From positions 38,130,001 through 38,194,000 of the forward strand of contig NC_042998.1 of the NCBI RefSeq assembly GCF_006345805.1: DNA of 64,000 bases, in the 5' to 3' direction. This DNA is from Octopus sinensis (lineage: Eukaryota). Within the stretch, counting starts at the first letter, position 1; every line of letters starts with the position of its first letter. The translations under genes were made by a program, and so were the position numbers. Shown here piece after piece: positions 23,449 to 37,023 of this stretch. Under the pieces are notes generated by a model. That model was not told the DNA's origin. It saw only the letters and a program-made list of their open reading frames with translations, and made no database searches.

Positions 23449-25172
23449 GTAAACCTAGCTCTAATATTTCCATTACCTTGGGAGTAATTTTGAATTTCAT
23501 TCCAGAAAAAAGAATCTTTTCACCAGGATATAAAAAGAAAGGTGGCAAATTTCAGATTTGGTATTTTACTCTCAAAACCTTAAGAGTAATTATTTTTATA
23601 AATTCCAAGTAAGAAAGTTTTTCCAATGAAATGTTTAATATCTTTATGCTAATCTGCTTATTTACAATTTACTATTTGACTAATGCGCAAAAACAACGAG
23701 GTTTATGGATATGCTGTGCTTGACACCTCACCCTGGAGTATAATCTCCTTTTACATTTCACTTTCTCTTACAATGGTATGCCTTCTGGTCTTAGGCCTTC
23801 ATGATATAGCAGCTCGGCAACAAAACTCCACCTCCCAGAGAATAAGAGTACTACAAGATAAAATGCAGTTGTGAAAATACTTGATCCACAACTTCTATCA
23901 ACTTTATTACGTCTTTCATGTTTGTCATCAAAGAGCGAACTACGGAAGTGAGGGCGTTTCATGGCTACAAACAAATGCCGATCGCCACAACGAAAGTTTT
24001 ATTATCTGCGTTCCCTTCCAAATACTTTAAGTGATGAATTTTGCTAGAACAGACAAGTTGTACAGCAAATTTGATTTATTGACAAATATTTGTGCATCAT
24101 GAGCACGTGTGTACATTAGTACGAAATCATAAAACAAACAATACTGAAGAATAAATATCCAGAAAATACAAACACCGCCGACGTCTAATAATCCTTAAGC
24201 TACTTTCATATATGTAAATATAGGAATCGAAACACATGTAAATTCACATACACACACACATATATATATATACACGCACGCACATACATACACATACACA
24301 CACACATACACACATCTATGCATGTACATGGATAGTTATTAGTTGTCGACCGTAAACTGCCCTCACCTTCCCCATATTTAGAAGAAAAAAATTTTTGACA
24401 CAGCAGGTTGTTGAAGGATTCTCCGCGTCAAGCGGCCTTGACGGGAGTTGGCGGTTTGGTCGCTGATAACACGATCGTGCAACAGGTTGTTCTCGGTTAT
24501 ACGTTAAGAATATAGCTTGCTGGTGGCATGTCATACAAACAGACACAAATAAACATACAAACGAACAGATAGATTGTGTGTATGTGTATATGTGTGTGTG
24601 TCTTTGTTTATATATGTGTGCGTGTGTGCATGTGTGTGTGTGTGTTTATATCAGTGTATCTGTGTATGCGTTTGTAAGTGTGAGTATGCGTGCATACTCA
24701 CATATGTGTGTGTGCATTTGGGATGTGTCACAGAGAGAGAGAGTGAGTGAGATTCAAGGAAATGAGACAGAGATAGAGAGTAAACCAATGTAACTTTTCA
24801 ACAATTAACTACAGATCGATATTATATTCACGATATGTCGCTATGTTTTTAATACTTTAATAGATATTAATTAACAAATTAACTAATTCTGCGTGACACT
24901 TTGAGTTGAAAAATGTGTTATTTGCGCTATTACAGCAACTGAGAGTGTTCGACAGTCAGCTTTCAAAATTCAGCCAGGTACGCGCGGTGTGCGACACAGA
25001 TATTTGATATATTCTCAACTGGTGAATTCTTTATAAGACACAAAAGTATATTCGTTAAAATCTATTGATTTTAAAGGAACAGAGATACAAATGAAAAGCA
25101 CACATACAGAGACAACAACACGCAAAAGCATTAGTTATGCATACATACAAGCGCACATACATACATACATAC

Positions 25173-25227
<55 letters not shown>

Positions 25228-25299
25228 TAAATACATGTCTACATGCACACACATGCTCTGATTATACATATACATACACATCTATATGGATACGCGTGC

Positions 25300-25387
<88 letters not shown>

Positions 25388-25516
25388 TAGAGATGTGTGT
25401 GTGTGTGTAAGCAAACGTTTCTTGACAATGTCATTACTGAGTTCAATTAGCGAGAATGAAATTAAAATAACAGCTGCTACTGCATAACATCTGGCAATAT
25501 GTTAGCCAATGTATAC

Positions 25517-25553
<37 letters not shown>

Positions 25554-25639
25554 TTTGTATTTGTGTGTGAGTGAGAGTATACAACATTGTACATATGTAT
25601 GTGTATGCATGTCTATGCCTTTAAACATATTGGTATGTA

Positions 25640-26550
25640 TTGAGTCGTCCCATAAATAATGCGGTTTTTTTCAATTGCATCAACTAAAAGTCGGAGGGAG
25701 ACAGGATAAACTACCTGCATCAACTTGATATAAAAGCAGGTACTAATTATATCTTGTACTTATTCTTAGGGCAAGTTTTGAAGAGTGCAGTTTGATGTTA
25801 GCAGTTATTTTTTCAAAACTATATTAGAAGTGACAAAGGAGCATTTTCGGCCTATTTTGCTTTATGAGTCCAGTAAAGGCAACAACGCAACGGAAAGTGT
25901 GAGGAATATAAATGCAGTATATGGGGATCGGACAATAAGCATAAGCCAATGTCAACGGTGGTTCCAGAAATTCCGAGTCGGAAACTACAGCCTAGAAAAC
26001 GAGCCTCGTCCTGGAAGATCTGTAGAGCACGACGAGGACGTCCTACAAACCCTGGTGGAACAAAATCCCATCGTAACTGTTAAAGAACTTGCAGATTAGC
26101 TTGGATTTGGTCAGTCAGCCAGTAAGTCAGTGTTAGAAGGACAACGATTATCTTTGATTTCAAGACGAAAGATCAATCAGGATAATTCTGGGACACATAC
26201 AGTGAGGATGACATTCCAAACGGTGGAGCACTTTGAATGGGAAACGATGCCCCACCAAGCCACCATATTTGCCGGACATTGCTCCATCTGATTATCATTT
26301 ATTCTGCAGTCTTCAAAATCATTTGGACAGAAAAAATATGAATTCTGTAGACGAGGTCAGAACAGTACTGGAGTTGTATTTTTCGTCACCAACAAGCGAA
26401 TTTTGGAAGAGTGGCCATGCAAGTCTACCAGACAGATGGAAGATGGCAGGGCATTGTAAAAAATGAAGGAGAGTATATTTTAGATTAAAAAAGAACTTTG
26501 TTTATCATAATTTTGAAAAATAGAAGTATAGATAAACCGCATTATTTATA
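25640..26550 (+). mobile_element. mariner transposon, internally deleted
   Basis: TA+TIR ttgagtcgtcccataaataatgcggttt and partial reverse aaaccgcattatttat; HTH region QRWFQKFR.G..SLENEPRPGR; PPYLPDIAPSDYHLF. Confidence 0.93.
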
Positions 26551-26667
26551 GAATATACACACACATCAGCACATACATACATATACACATACATACATGC
26601 ATACATGTGTACATATATATAAACATATGTATACATATATATATATATATACGTATATTATATATAA

Positions 26668-26726
<59 letters not shown>

Positions 26727-26727
<1 letters not shown>

Positions 26728-27100
26728 TTTACTCTTTTACTCTTACTTGTTTCAGTCATTTGACTGCGGCCATGCTGGAGCACCACCTTTGAGTCCTTAT
26801 TCTATCGGTCTCTTTTTGCCAAACCGCTAAGTGACGGGGACGTAAACATACCAGCATCGGTTGTCAAGCAATGCTAGGGGGACAAACACAGACACACAAA
26901 CACACACACATACATATATATATAAATACATATATACGACAGGCTTCTTTCAGTTTCCGTCTACCAAATCCACTCACAAGGCATTGGTCGGCCCGGGGCT
27001 ATAGCAGAAGACACTAGCCCAAGATGCCACGCAGTGGGACTGAACCCGCAACCGTGTGGTTGGTTAGCAAGCTACTTACCACACAGCCACTCCTGCGCCT
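26727..27100 (-). mobile_element. full-length tRNA-derived SINE
   Basis: Reverse complement aggcgcaggagtggctgtgtggtaag...gggttcagtcccactgcg; tail ggtggtgctccagcatggccgcagtc..(AAGAGTA)n. Confidence 0.9.
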
Positions 27101-27260
27101 ATATATATACACATATATACATATATATATATATATTTATATATATATATATACATACATATATATATATGTCCATATATATATACATATATATATATAT
27201 GTGTGTGCATATATATACACACATATATATACACACACACACATTTATATATAGTTATAT

Positions 27261-27348
<88 letters not shown>

Positions 27349-27399
27349 GTATATGAAATGGCATATGAGTTAGTGCAGTTAGATGTTCAAATCTTTATT

Positions 27400-28440
27400 G
27401 AGGATGGTTTCAGCCCCTCTCTTATTGAAGTCAGTGTGGGTTTGTCGCGTCGTTTATAAGGTGCGAGTGGTAAATGCAAAGCAAGGAGTCCGAGGTGAAT
27501 GAATATCGTATGATGAGCGCTAGATTGGGCTTTTATAAGTTATTGGTGCGTAAAAAGATAGTTGAGGAATTAATGGAACCCTAATGCACTCCGGAACTGA
27601 CTGAAAGTAGATCACAAAGTGTTCTGTCAACGCACGCTGCAACAGTGTGACCTGGTAGGAAGCTACCTGATCAAGAGGTGAGAAGCCAGTGGAGCGTGTC
27701 GGCATTAATTTCGATAGGAGACTCGCATGCAGGACACGATGAAAAACTCACTTGATATTGAAGCCAACATTACTGTCTCTAAATACTTCCAAGACGACTA
27801 AACGGTTGTGTGTGAAGGATGAAGCTAGGTGTTTAATGCATTTCGCGTTTGAAGAACCATGTTTGGGATCATTAAATGGAGACTAGGTTTCAAGATGGTA
27901 AAACATGTGGGTTTTAATGTGTCACCTCATTACATGTGTGAGATTAGAATTTAGTGCAATGTGGTGATTGTTGGTATAATCAACGAAGTAAGCTGTAAAG
28001 GGAAGAGAAAACATTGTAACATGTTTGCAAATGTCAGGATAGATCCTTCTAGAACAAGGGAGAGTGCAAAGATAGGGGAGGTACTGGAGAGTTTGGAGAA
28101 TATAGGAATTAGCGCTGGAAGTGAATGCTCTGATTGGTTTTACTAAAATAAGTCTCGCAAATGTCCTCTGCATACACAATGTGCTGTAGCCGGAGAAGTG
28201 GGATGAAGTACAATGAGGTTAAAATTACCCAGGATGTGCAGTGGATAGCTGACCGCAAAGTGAGTAGCGAAAGTGGAATTTTTCTGTTCAGTGAATGCAA
28301 ACAAAAGCAGTCTTTAGTTTTCTTGCGGAAAGTAGATCTTCTGCAAATAGTTGATGGGAATATCAAAGAAACAGTCGAAGTAAAACATGTATATTCAATA
28401 GAGAATTCATACGCAATGTGAAATAGATGTAAAGATCTTC
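27400..28440 (-). mobile_element. possible ancient LINE (APE/RT) remnant
   Basis: Purine-skewed + strand; minus frames give HILGNFNL (GDFN-like) and TNNHHIAL (SDH-like); weak. Confidence 0.25.
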
Positions 28441-29457
28441 TTTCATGTTATGATACACACTGGAATATATTCTCCATAGTAGTCTTTACTTCAGAAATAT
28501 CTGTAGAACAATATTCATATTATGCTCTAACATTTTCGACATTATCTCTTTAACTTATGTCGTAATTTTATGCATATTTGGATATAAGACATATTTTGCA
28601 ATAACTGTTTTACTGTAATTCGATAATGCCCGTTAAATTTGTAGAAGAATGAATGTACACACGACAATTAAATGTTACAAGTAGCGTGTGATATGGAAGT
28701 ATTATTGAATTTTACACGATTCCATTCGCATCTACATCATATGTATTTCAGGAACCTTATTAAATGTATTTGTATACCACAAAGCGGTAAGTTATAGCCA
28801 TAACTGAAAAAAATATTATTTGAAAATTATTACACTAAACGCTACAGATAATAAATTTCGATAGAAGAGTTAAAAAAATATATAACTTGTAAATGATTCT
28901 ATTATTAATTACACTTTGAAGTTGAATTAGTCGGAAGTAAAATTAATTACTATTGCAGCACGATGCTTCAAATAAAAACGGCTAATACTTATCAAGCATA
29001 AAAGTTCAAATATTTTCATGCTCATTTCTATATCCAACTAATTTTCACCACTCATGCAACATCAGTCACCAATTCATTTTTAATCAAACCAATCAATTTC
29101 TTTTATTCATAGTTATATTAACAATGTTTCCCTTTAAAACTATTACGTATATTTTAATTCCAGCGACACCATGGAGGTTGTTTAATCTTCTTCCATTAAT
29201 TCCTAAAATCTATACACGTACACAAATGCAAACACTCGTATGTATGTTTGTATGTGTGTGAACGTATAGATGTCGTTTTATGTGCCATGGACACACATTT
29301 CTATAAACAAAATTATGACACCTCCTACATTGACATTGGCCCTAACAATCCACCCTCAGTCATCAAATAATTAGTTAATAACTTTAGCAGACGTGTTTCC
29401 GATATATCTTCTGCTGAATCAACTTCCGAAAAACCAGCTCCATATTGCAATGCCATA

Positions 29458-29640
29458 AATGGGCGGCGATCTGGCAGAATTGTTAGCACGCCGGGCGAAA
29501 TACTTGGCGGTGTCTCGTCTGCCCTTACGTTCTGAGTTCAAATTCCGCCGACGTCAACTTTGCTTTTCATCCTTTCGGAGTCGATTGAATAAGTACCAGT
29601 TACGCACTGACGTCAATGTAATTGATTAAATCCACTTGTT
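29458..29640 (+). mobile_element. SINE (ggcggcgagctggcagaa family)
   Basis: A/B-box-like head and ttctgagttcaaattccgccg; homologous to 58645. Confidence 0.85.
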
Positions 29641-30495
29641 TGACCCCGCTCTGTTTATGGGCAATAAAGACATTCTTCAAGAATAGCATGACCTATGTCG
29701 AACCAAAAGTAGACAGGCGAAAAATGCGATGACATAGGAAGAAATATTTTGATATCATGCTCTAAACAGGATGAATGCGGACAGGAATATGGCAAAGCAT
29801 TTTCTCAAATGGATTATTATCCACTTGTCAGTCTCACATAAATAATATCAGTGCTTTGATAAAAGTAAACTACACTTAGCATATCGACATAGGATCAATG
29901 ATGTTCAAACACAATAAGTATAATAGCATTGGGAGCGCCCTCATAAAACTTGTAATTGCTGAGACCCCCAATAACTGCCTCTGAGAAATAAATGCCAGGG
30001 AAAATAACTGGTGTGTAAAGCCAGCATTACATGGGGAATTTTCCTTGTGTTCTATGTCCTGTACTCTATTTTTTCGTTGTTTAAGAAAAATGTCCATTTC
30101 CTTGATTTTGTGTTTATGTTTTCGTTTCTCATTGTGTTCGACGTTCTTTTGGTGTCCTGTACCCATATATGCATGTATATATACATGTAGAGATAGGTAC
30201 GTACATATATGTATGTATATATGCATATGTTTTATTTATTAATTTGTTTATATACGACAGAACGCACGAATCCATTTCTAAGTAAGTTTGTTCTTAATAT
30301 ATATATACACGCACACATACTCACACATATGTTTGTATGTGTGTGTCTGTGAGTGTGTATGTGTGTCTTTGTGTGTGTATGTATGTATATAATGTATCTA
30401 TATTTGTGAGTGTGTGTATGTCTATACAATGGAAATAAGTATTATTTCGAACGTGCGTGTACTGAAAATTCATGTTTCAACACGTATGAACACAG

Positions 30496-30900
30496 AAATT
30501 TCATACATTAACGCCCGGTTATTCCTCCGAAAACCAGGTTACTGAAACGAATATCAAAGAAGTTCCACATTTAGTCAGGGATATTTTGGCAACATTCTAC
30601 ATAGTTCTTTGTCGTTTGTATATCAGGTCTCGGTTCTGTTTACCTCAGTATTCTACCAACAAGAAAAATGTGATTGGAAATTGCTCTGATAATTACTTTG
30701 ATTAGTTTCGGTTACGATCATTTCTCGGTGATAAGAGACAGATCTATTTCCACAATTGCTATCGAGTTTACTTTTGTAACAATATCCTTACAATCTTTTT
30801 AGTTATCGCACACTAGAATTACTATTGTCGAACGTTTCTTCTATTATTTACCAGATAATTCGGAATTTGACTTTTTCTTTTCGAAATGCCATTCTGATAA
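30496..30900 (+). pseudogene. candidate decayed exon: KFHTLTPGYSSENQVTETNIKEVPHLVRDILATFYIVLCRLYIRSRFCLPQY...
   Basis: 69 open codons after cacag| with no start codon, followed by protein-like broken frames. Confidence 0.35.
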
Positions 30901-31489
30901 GTTTCCTTACCTTTTTTTCTTTTCTCTTATGCCTAGATTATTGCCACAAGTGTTCTTAAAATATCTTAGCATATTAGATATTTCGATATAAATATGACCA
31001 GCTATGATTGTTTTGCTAATTCAATGATCAACAATTTGCCTTAAGCAGATTTATTTCATGGAGTTCTAGGTTAATACAGATGTGTAAGGGCGAAAGCTTT
31101 GGTTGTTCCACCCACGGATTCGACGGGCAGAGTTAAGAGGTAATCTGCCGATTGAAAGATTTGCAGTGCTCTCAAACATAAATGCCATCGTAAGATGACG
31201 CTTTAAGAGAACCAATAACACTTCATTTGCAATGAGAGACACTGTATACGGTGCGCTGGAATACTTATATATGCAGAGAGGGGGGGGCAGAGATATAGGG
31301 AGAGAGGGGGAGAGGGGGTAAGCAGGCTGACAACTAGATTGTTTTAGCCTTAATTCAATGAATTAGTGATATATTCTGGCCAGAGAAAATTTTTAATTAC
31401 CAATTAAAAGTTCAAAAGCTTTCAAATATAACTAAAATTCATGCCATTATATATAGCCACTGGATTATAATGTAGCATTTATCTTCTTT

Positions 31490-31780
31490 TAACAACCATC
31501 GAACTGGACAGCACAGCATAGTACCAAATATTCTGCCTTCTCCATCAAGTATAAAGACCTATTACAATAAGAGCCTGGGTTTCAACGGTCCACAACATTT
31601 GGTGGACCTCAAAGAGCGTTTGGGAAATTTGAACCAGATCGCGGGGAGACACAAAGAAGAGAAGCTCCGTTCAATTCGCTACTTCACCAGAAACAGCACT
31701 GAAAAGAAACGCTAGCACTGAAAAGCGATGCTCCAGTTTGGCCTCAGTCTCTGGCTGAAACCAGTAAAAGATAAAAGTTA
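31490..31780 (+). mobile_element. diverged CR1 3' fragment with SINE/CR1-type tail
   Basis: NHRTGQHSIVPNILPSPSSIKTYYNKSLGFNGPQ resembles the C-terminus at 22205-22320; ends gcgatgctccagtttggcc..gctgaaaccagtaaaag. Confidence 0.6.
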
Positions 31781-32134
31781 AAGTTTATCGGATACAGAGT
31801 CGTGGCGAAGCACCGTTTCATTTCATTTCTGTTGGTGGAAGTAATAAGGACTCCGTGAGCAACATGGGTGGAACAAATATCAGAAAGTATTTTCTCGCTA
31901 AAAATTGTTTCAAAACTTTTCTTTTCGAGGTTAGCAACTTTCTCCAAGATACACCGCTCAAAATACACAATCTTGCATCTATAACATATTCATCACAGGC
32001 TATAAGTACAGGGTCCTCTCCAAAATTCTACTGACAAGGCATTGACCAATTTGGTGATTATGCCGCAGCTGCTGCCCCGTCGGAGCGCTGCTGGAACTAC
32101 GTGATTCTCAAGAGAACTAGATAGAATGATGCTT

Positions 32135-32189
<55 letters not shown>

Positions 32190-32190
<1 letters not shown>

Positions 32191-32775
32191 AATTATTGTA
32201 TGCACCACAACTTGTCAGAAAGTGCGTATAAAGTACATGTAGTAATGTAGAAATGTCTGGAAAGCGAACAATGTATGAGTCAGATACATGCTTTGTGTGT
32301 GTATGGAGGGGAGAAAATCAGGTGTAGTGTTGGCGAATCTCAGAAAGCATGGGAGTTTTGAAGGATGCAGTGCTCCGACACCTAACAACTGATGCCGGCA
32401 GTTTGTTCCATGCTTCAGCAACTCTCAGCGTGAAAAAATGTTTCCTAAAGTCATGGGAGCTTTGCTGTTTTCTGACTTTGTAAATATGTCCACGGGTGTT
32501 AGATGGGTGGAGTTTGAAAAGGTGCTCAGAGTTATTGTTTGTAAGATGGTTAATAATTTTATGGGTGTCTGCCAAGTCAGCTGCCAGACGTCGGAGTTTC
32601 AATGTATCCATGCCCAGGGAAGTAAGGCGTTCAGAATATGGCAAATGCCTGATGGAGGGTATTCTTTTGGTTGCACGTCGCTGAACAGCTTCCAGACTAT
32701 TGATATCCTGGGCAAGATAGGGGTTCCAGACCGGTGATGCAAATTCCAGGTGAGGTCTTATGATCCGGCATGGAA
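32190..32775 (-). mobile_element. 5'-truncated CR1 LINE with (ATT)n tail (array 32136-32188)
   Basis: IRPHLEFASPVWNPY..LEAVQRRATK..YSERL..LRRL.ADL..FFTLRVAEAWNKLP. Confidence 0.92.
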
Positions 32776-33339
32776 GTATTTTAGTTGTATCAGAAAAATA
32801 TACTAAGTTATTTCTTTTGTATACGAACATATAAATTATGTAATACATGGGTTGTGTTGAACTTGTTGTCAAAACTTATTAGCGTTTTCCTATCTTCCTG
32901 TGTATCTCTCCACATTTCTATCGTATTCATAGCATCGTATAATTTCACACTGAAAATATTACTCAAGATAAACACGCTTCGGCAACATCATTAATAGTCA
33001 ATTTTTTTTTTCATGATTAGAAGATATTTTATCGCTTGCTACAGAGCTGATTGCCGTTTATTTACATTTACACTTTTATTGGTTATAAAATGATTTGAAC
33101 AAATGATTACATTAATGATAGTGTTTTTGTGTTCTAATAGTTTTATGTACAGAATTCATTCAAACATCTTACTTTCAATTGTTTTGCTTTGGAGGTGCTA
33201 ATTATCATTATCAGTTTTATACTCAAAGAAAACTTGACGGTTCTATTTAATAATCGGTGGGATTTGACCGTTGTTTTCCGCGTTGCACATTCTTTGTTCT
33301 TCCAGCTTTATAATTACTCCTTTTCAGATTTTCTCCTGC

Positions 33340-33348
33340 CTCATCAAC

Positions 33349-33391
<43 letters not shown>

Positions 33392-33470
33392 ACATCATCA
33401 TCATTATCATCACTATGATGTATGGTTATACAAATTGTTGTTGCTGCTGTTGTTATTACTATTATTGCCG
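33340..33470. repeat. (CAT)n/(TGT)n array
   Basis: Direct reading. Confidence 0.9.
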
Positions 33471-33584
33471 TCATTTTTTAAATATCTCCGTTATCTTCTC
33501 AAGCATCGGTCACATCAAGTGAACGTCTCTACCTGAAATTTACAGAGGTGCGAGCAAGAAAATCGATTTTTCTCCCTCTCAGTC

Positions 33585-33770
33585 CACACGTGGTTGAGTG
33601 GTAAGAAGTTTGTTTCCCAACCACATGGTTCCGAGTTCAGTCTCACTGGATTGCGCATTGGGCAAGTGTCTTCTACTATAGCTTCGGGTCAACCAAACCC
33701 TTGTGAGTGGATTTGATAGATAGAAACTAAAAGAAGCTTGTCGAATATATATATATATATATATATATAT

Positions 33771-33811
<41 letters not shown>

Positions 33812-34040
33812 TGAGTGTATGTGTGTGTCTTTGTGTCTGTGCGTCTCCACCACCACTTGGTAACAGGTGTTAGTGTGTTTACGTACCGGTCACCTAGCAG
33901 TTCGGCAAATGAGGTCGATAAAATAAGTACAAGGCATCAGGAAATATACACTGTAATTTATTCATTCGGTTTTAAAAGTTCTTGGAGGCGATGCTCCAGC
34001 ATGGCACGCGTCTAATGACTGAAAGAAGTGAAAGAAAGAA
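33585..34040 (+). mobile_element. near full-length tRNA-derived SINE
   Basis: gtggtaagaag...ggttccgagttcagtctcact head; ggcgatgctccagcatggc tail. Confidence 0.85.
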
Positions 34041-34513
34041 AAAGAAAAGCTACTTTATCGATAATATTCCATCGTTAGAATTTGCAATGTCGTATCGTAT
34101 GTCTAACCTAAGTCGAATTCTTGTGAAACAATTTCTAGTAAATAGCAATTACAAAGAAAATATAAATCACACAATATTAAAGACATAATGAAAGTATTTC
34201 GGCAATCAAGACGTTTCTAAAAGAAACGAAGATGGAAAACCGTTTGTCTTGATGAGGTGTAATTTTTATTTTTGTTCTGTTTTTGTTTCTTGTTTGTTTG
34301 TTTTTGTTTTTTTTTTGTATGAAAGATGTTTATCATTGTTCATTACAAATCTTCTTACAATTTTTATTATGGAACATCATGACTTAGCCTATAGGACATT
34401 AACTTCTCTTACGAATACTAAAGATATGTTAAATAAGCTTATTATAAAACTATTAGATGACATACGTGTATGCTTGCATGTATGTATGTATATATGTATA
34501 TATGAGTGTATCG

Positions 34514-34582
<69 letters not shown>

Positions 34583-34728
34583 TGAGTGTATTTTTACCTT
34601 GTTAACAATTAACACGGAAAAAATAAATAGATAGTTACCAGCGTAGCAAAAATCTCACAAGTAAAGCGGTTGTAACTCTTTGTTTATAAAGGTAGAAACT
34701 TCGTGTTTACGTGGAATATTTTGAATAA

Positions 34729-34876
34729 TATATAAATAAATAAATGGAGTTTAACGCAGGTGTAAATCAAATATTTTTACTTTCGACATATGTTTCAGTG
34801 GAATTTTCGAAACATGTGTCAAAAGTAAAAATATCTGATCTACACTTGCGTTAAACTCCATTTATTTATTCATATA
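34729..34876. repeat. 68-bp-arm inverted repeat with 12-nt spacer
   Basis: Six arm differences, all transitions. Confidence 0.9.
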
Positions 34877-35229
34877 TATATATATAAATGTTAGATCCAG
34901 GAATCGAGGTGTAGGAAGCAAGTTAGCTCGAGCAATCCGTAGTAAATATAAAAGAACAAATTTCAGGAATAATAATGGTTTATTGAAACGGAAGCTTGCG
35001 GATAATTTTTCTTTATCGAAGAACGACGAGAAGAGAAAAGTTCTTTTTATATTCCACGGTAGAAAACCAGGGTTGCCGAGTGTGCGAAAAAGAATACAAA
35101 AGTTACGGAATGGAATAGGAAAACTCTGGGCTACATATGCTTCATAGCGAGTGGAACATCAGTGGTAAAATTGAAGTGAGGTGTATACCACCGGTATACT
35201 CCTCACTTTTTTTGCCTGTCCATTGCGTA

Positions 35230-36240
35230 ACTCTTGTGTGTATGTATGTGTGTGTAGTTTGTCCGTCAATGCGACGAAGACCATCTAGTCATCCTGCGGT
35301 GGGACCCGGCTTGTTTTGTGAGTCCGCAGAGTGTGACCAATCTGCGCCCGAAAGAATCTTTGACAGTGTGAAGAGGGAATGGTAGCGCCTGCTACAGGGT
35401 TGTTAGCTCTGTTCTTCCTGGCTTGTCTGCGGTCTTCTGTAGCAGCGATCCGATTGGTCTCGCATGTGTTTGCACCCTTGTGGACAGCTGATCGCCACCC
35501 TTCTCTGTCAAGAGCAGACTCCTCCCAAGTGTCATGGTCGATGTTGAAGGCTTTTGGTGAGGCTTTCAGTGTGTCCTTAAAGCACTTCTTCTGACCGCTT
35601 TGTGAGCGCTTTCCCTTTTGCAGCTCATCAAAGAGCAATCCTTTTGGTAATCGATCGTCTGACATACGAGCTACGTGCCCTGCCCAGCAAAGCTGAGACT
35701 GCATCAAGATGGTATGGATGCTGGTTAGCACGTATTAATACCTCGGTGTCCGGGATCCTGTCCTGCCACTTTATGCTGAGAAGTTTTCTGAAAGTGGTTC
35801 AGCTTCCCGGCATGATGCTGGTAGACCTTCAAGGACTCGCAGGCGTAAAGCAGCGTTGTGAGAACAACATCCCAGTACGCCTTGATCTTTGTCATGATGG
35901 TGATCTCCCTCCTGTCCCAGACAGTCTTGCGTAGCCTGCTGAAGGCAGCGCTTGCCTTAGCGAGTCTGGCGTTGATTTCGTCATCGACGACACCATTTCT
36001 AGAGAGTGTGCTGCCAAGGTAGGTGAACTTATCCACCGCGTTCAGTCGCTGCCCGTTGATGGTGATGTTGGGTTCAACGCAGAGCTTGGGTGGAGCTGGC
36101 TGATACATTACCTCAGTCTTTTTTGTATTGACAGTAAGGCCGAAGTTGTTACAGGCGCCAGGGAACAAGTCAACACTGCGCTGTATGTTGGACTCAGTGG
36201 CAGCATTGAGAGCGCAGTCATCGGCGAACAGGAGATCGTA
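35230..36240 (-). mobile_element. 5'-truncated RTE (BovB-like) LINE
   Basis: DLLFADDCAL, GLTVNTKKTEVM, FTYLGS, LLYACES, WAGHVARMSDDRLPK, GKRSQSGQKK.FKD, C-terminal zinc-finger remnant. Confidence 0.95.
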
Positions 36241-36990
36241 GCAAAAAATTTAGAAAAATTCTTTGCTACTAGTGTCTAGCGAGAAGAAAAAACTAGTCAA
36301 TAGACTATATATTATTCATATAAAAATACCGTGTACGTTTAAACACATAAGTCAGATATCAGTTTACCTGGGAAGAAACAATGCAGTTATTAATAAGTGG
36401 AAGTGAAATTGATGCATGTAAGATTTCAGACCTCTAGCCTCATTCCTTCATAGTCATCCTATGTGCTTTTCAGCCCACCCTCCTATAGAGGTTTCATCAA
36501 ACATTAGAATTAATCTGCGATGAGATCTAGAGTAAATATTACTGAGGTAGAGCAACCTTTGATAGTACACGTCTCAGAAACGAAATCCCTTTCTTCATTC
36601 ATATATTATAGAGAGAAATAAAGTTACGCTTGCGTTATACTTAAGCTAATAAACTTTCAATGGTACTTTTAAATGCAACTGATGTGTGAGTAAAAAATGT
36701 TACGGCTCTGAAAGCCTTACAGTGTTAGAAAGGTAATAGAGAGACATGCAATTCCAACTCGAAATGTACGTCGCATCTAGTGCCCGGCATTTGTCTACAG
36801 TAGTAAGACGGTTGATAATACATTCGTCGTATTATTTGTGAGTAATTATAGTATGAGAGGAGGAATCGATATGAGAGAGTAAAATAACCAAAATGTTTGA
36901 CAATAATATAAGGTGAACATTGTATCATGCTGTAAAGGAAAAGAGGAAAATTTGTTTACATAGACATATGCATTTATATATACTTTATAT

Positions 36991-37023
<33 letters not shown>

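Noticed and set aside
35174-35215. Rho-independent terminator
   Set aside because: Eukaryotic DNA with no bacterial-style gene upstream; kept only as an unexplained hairpin.
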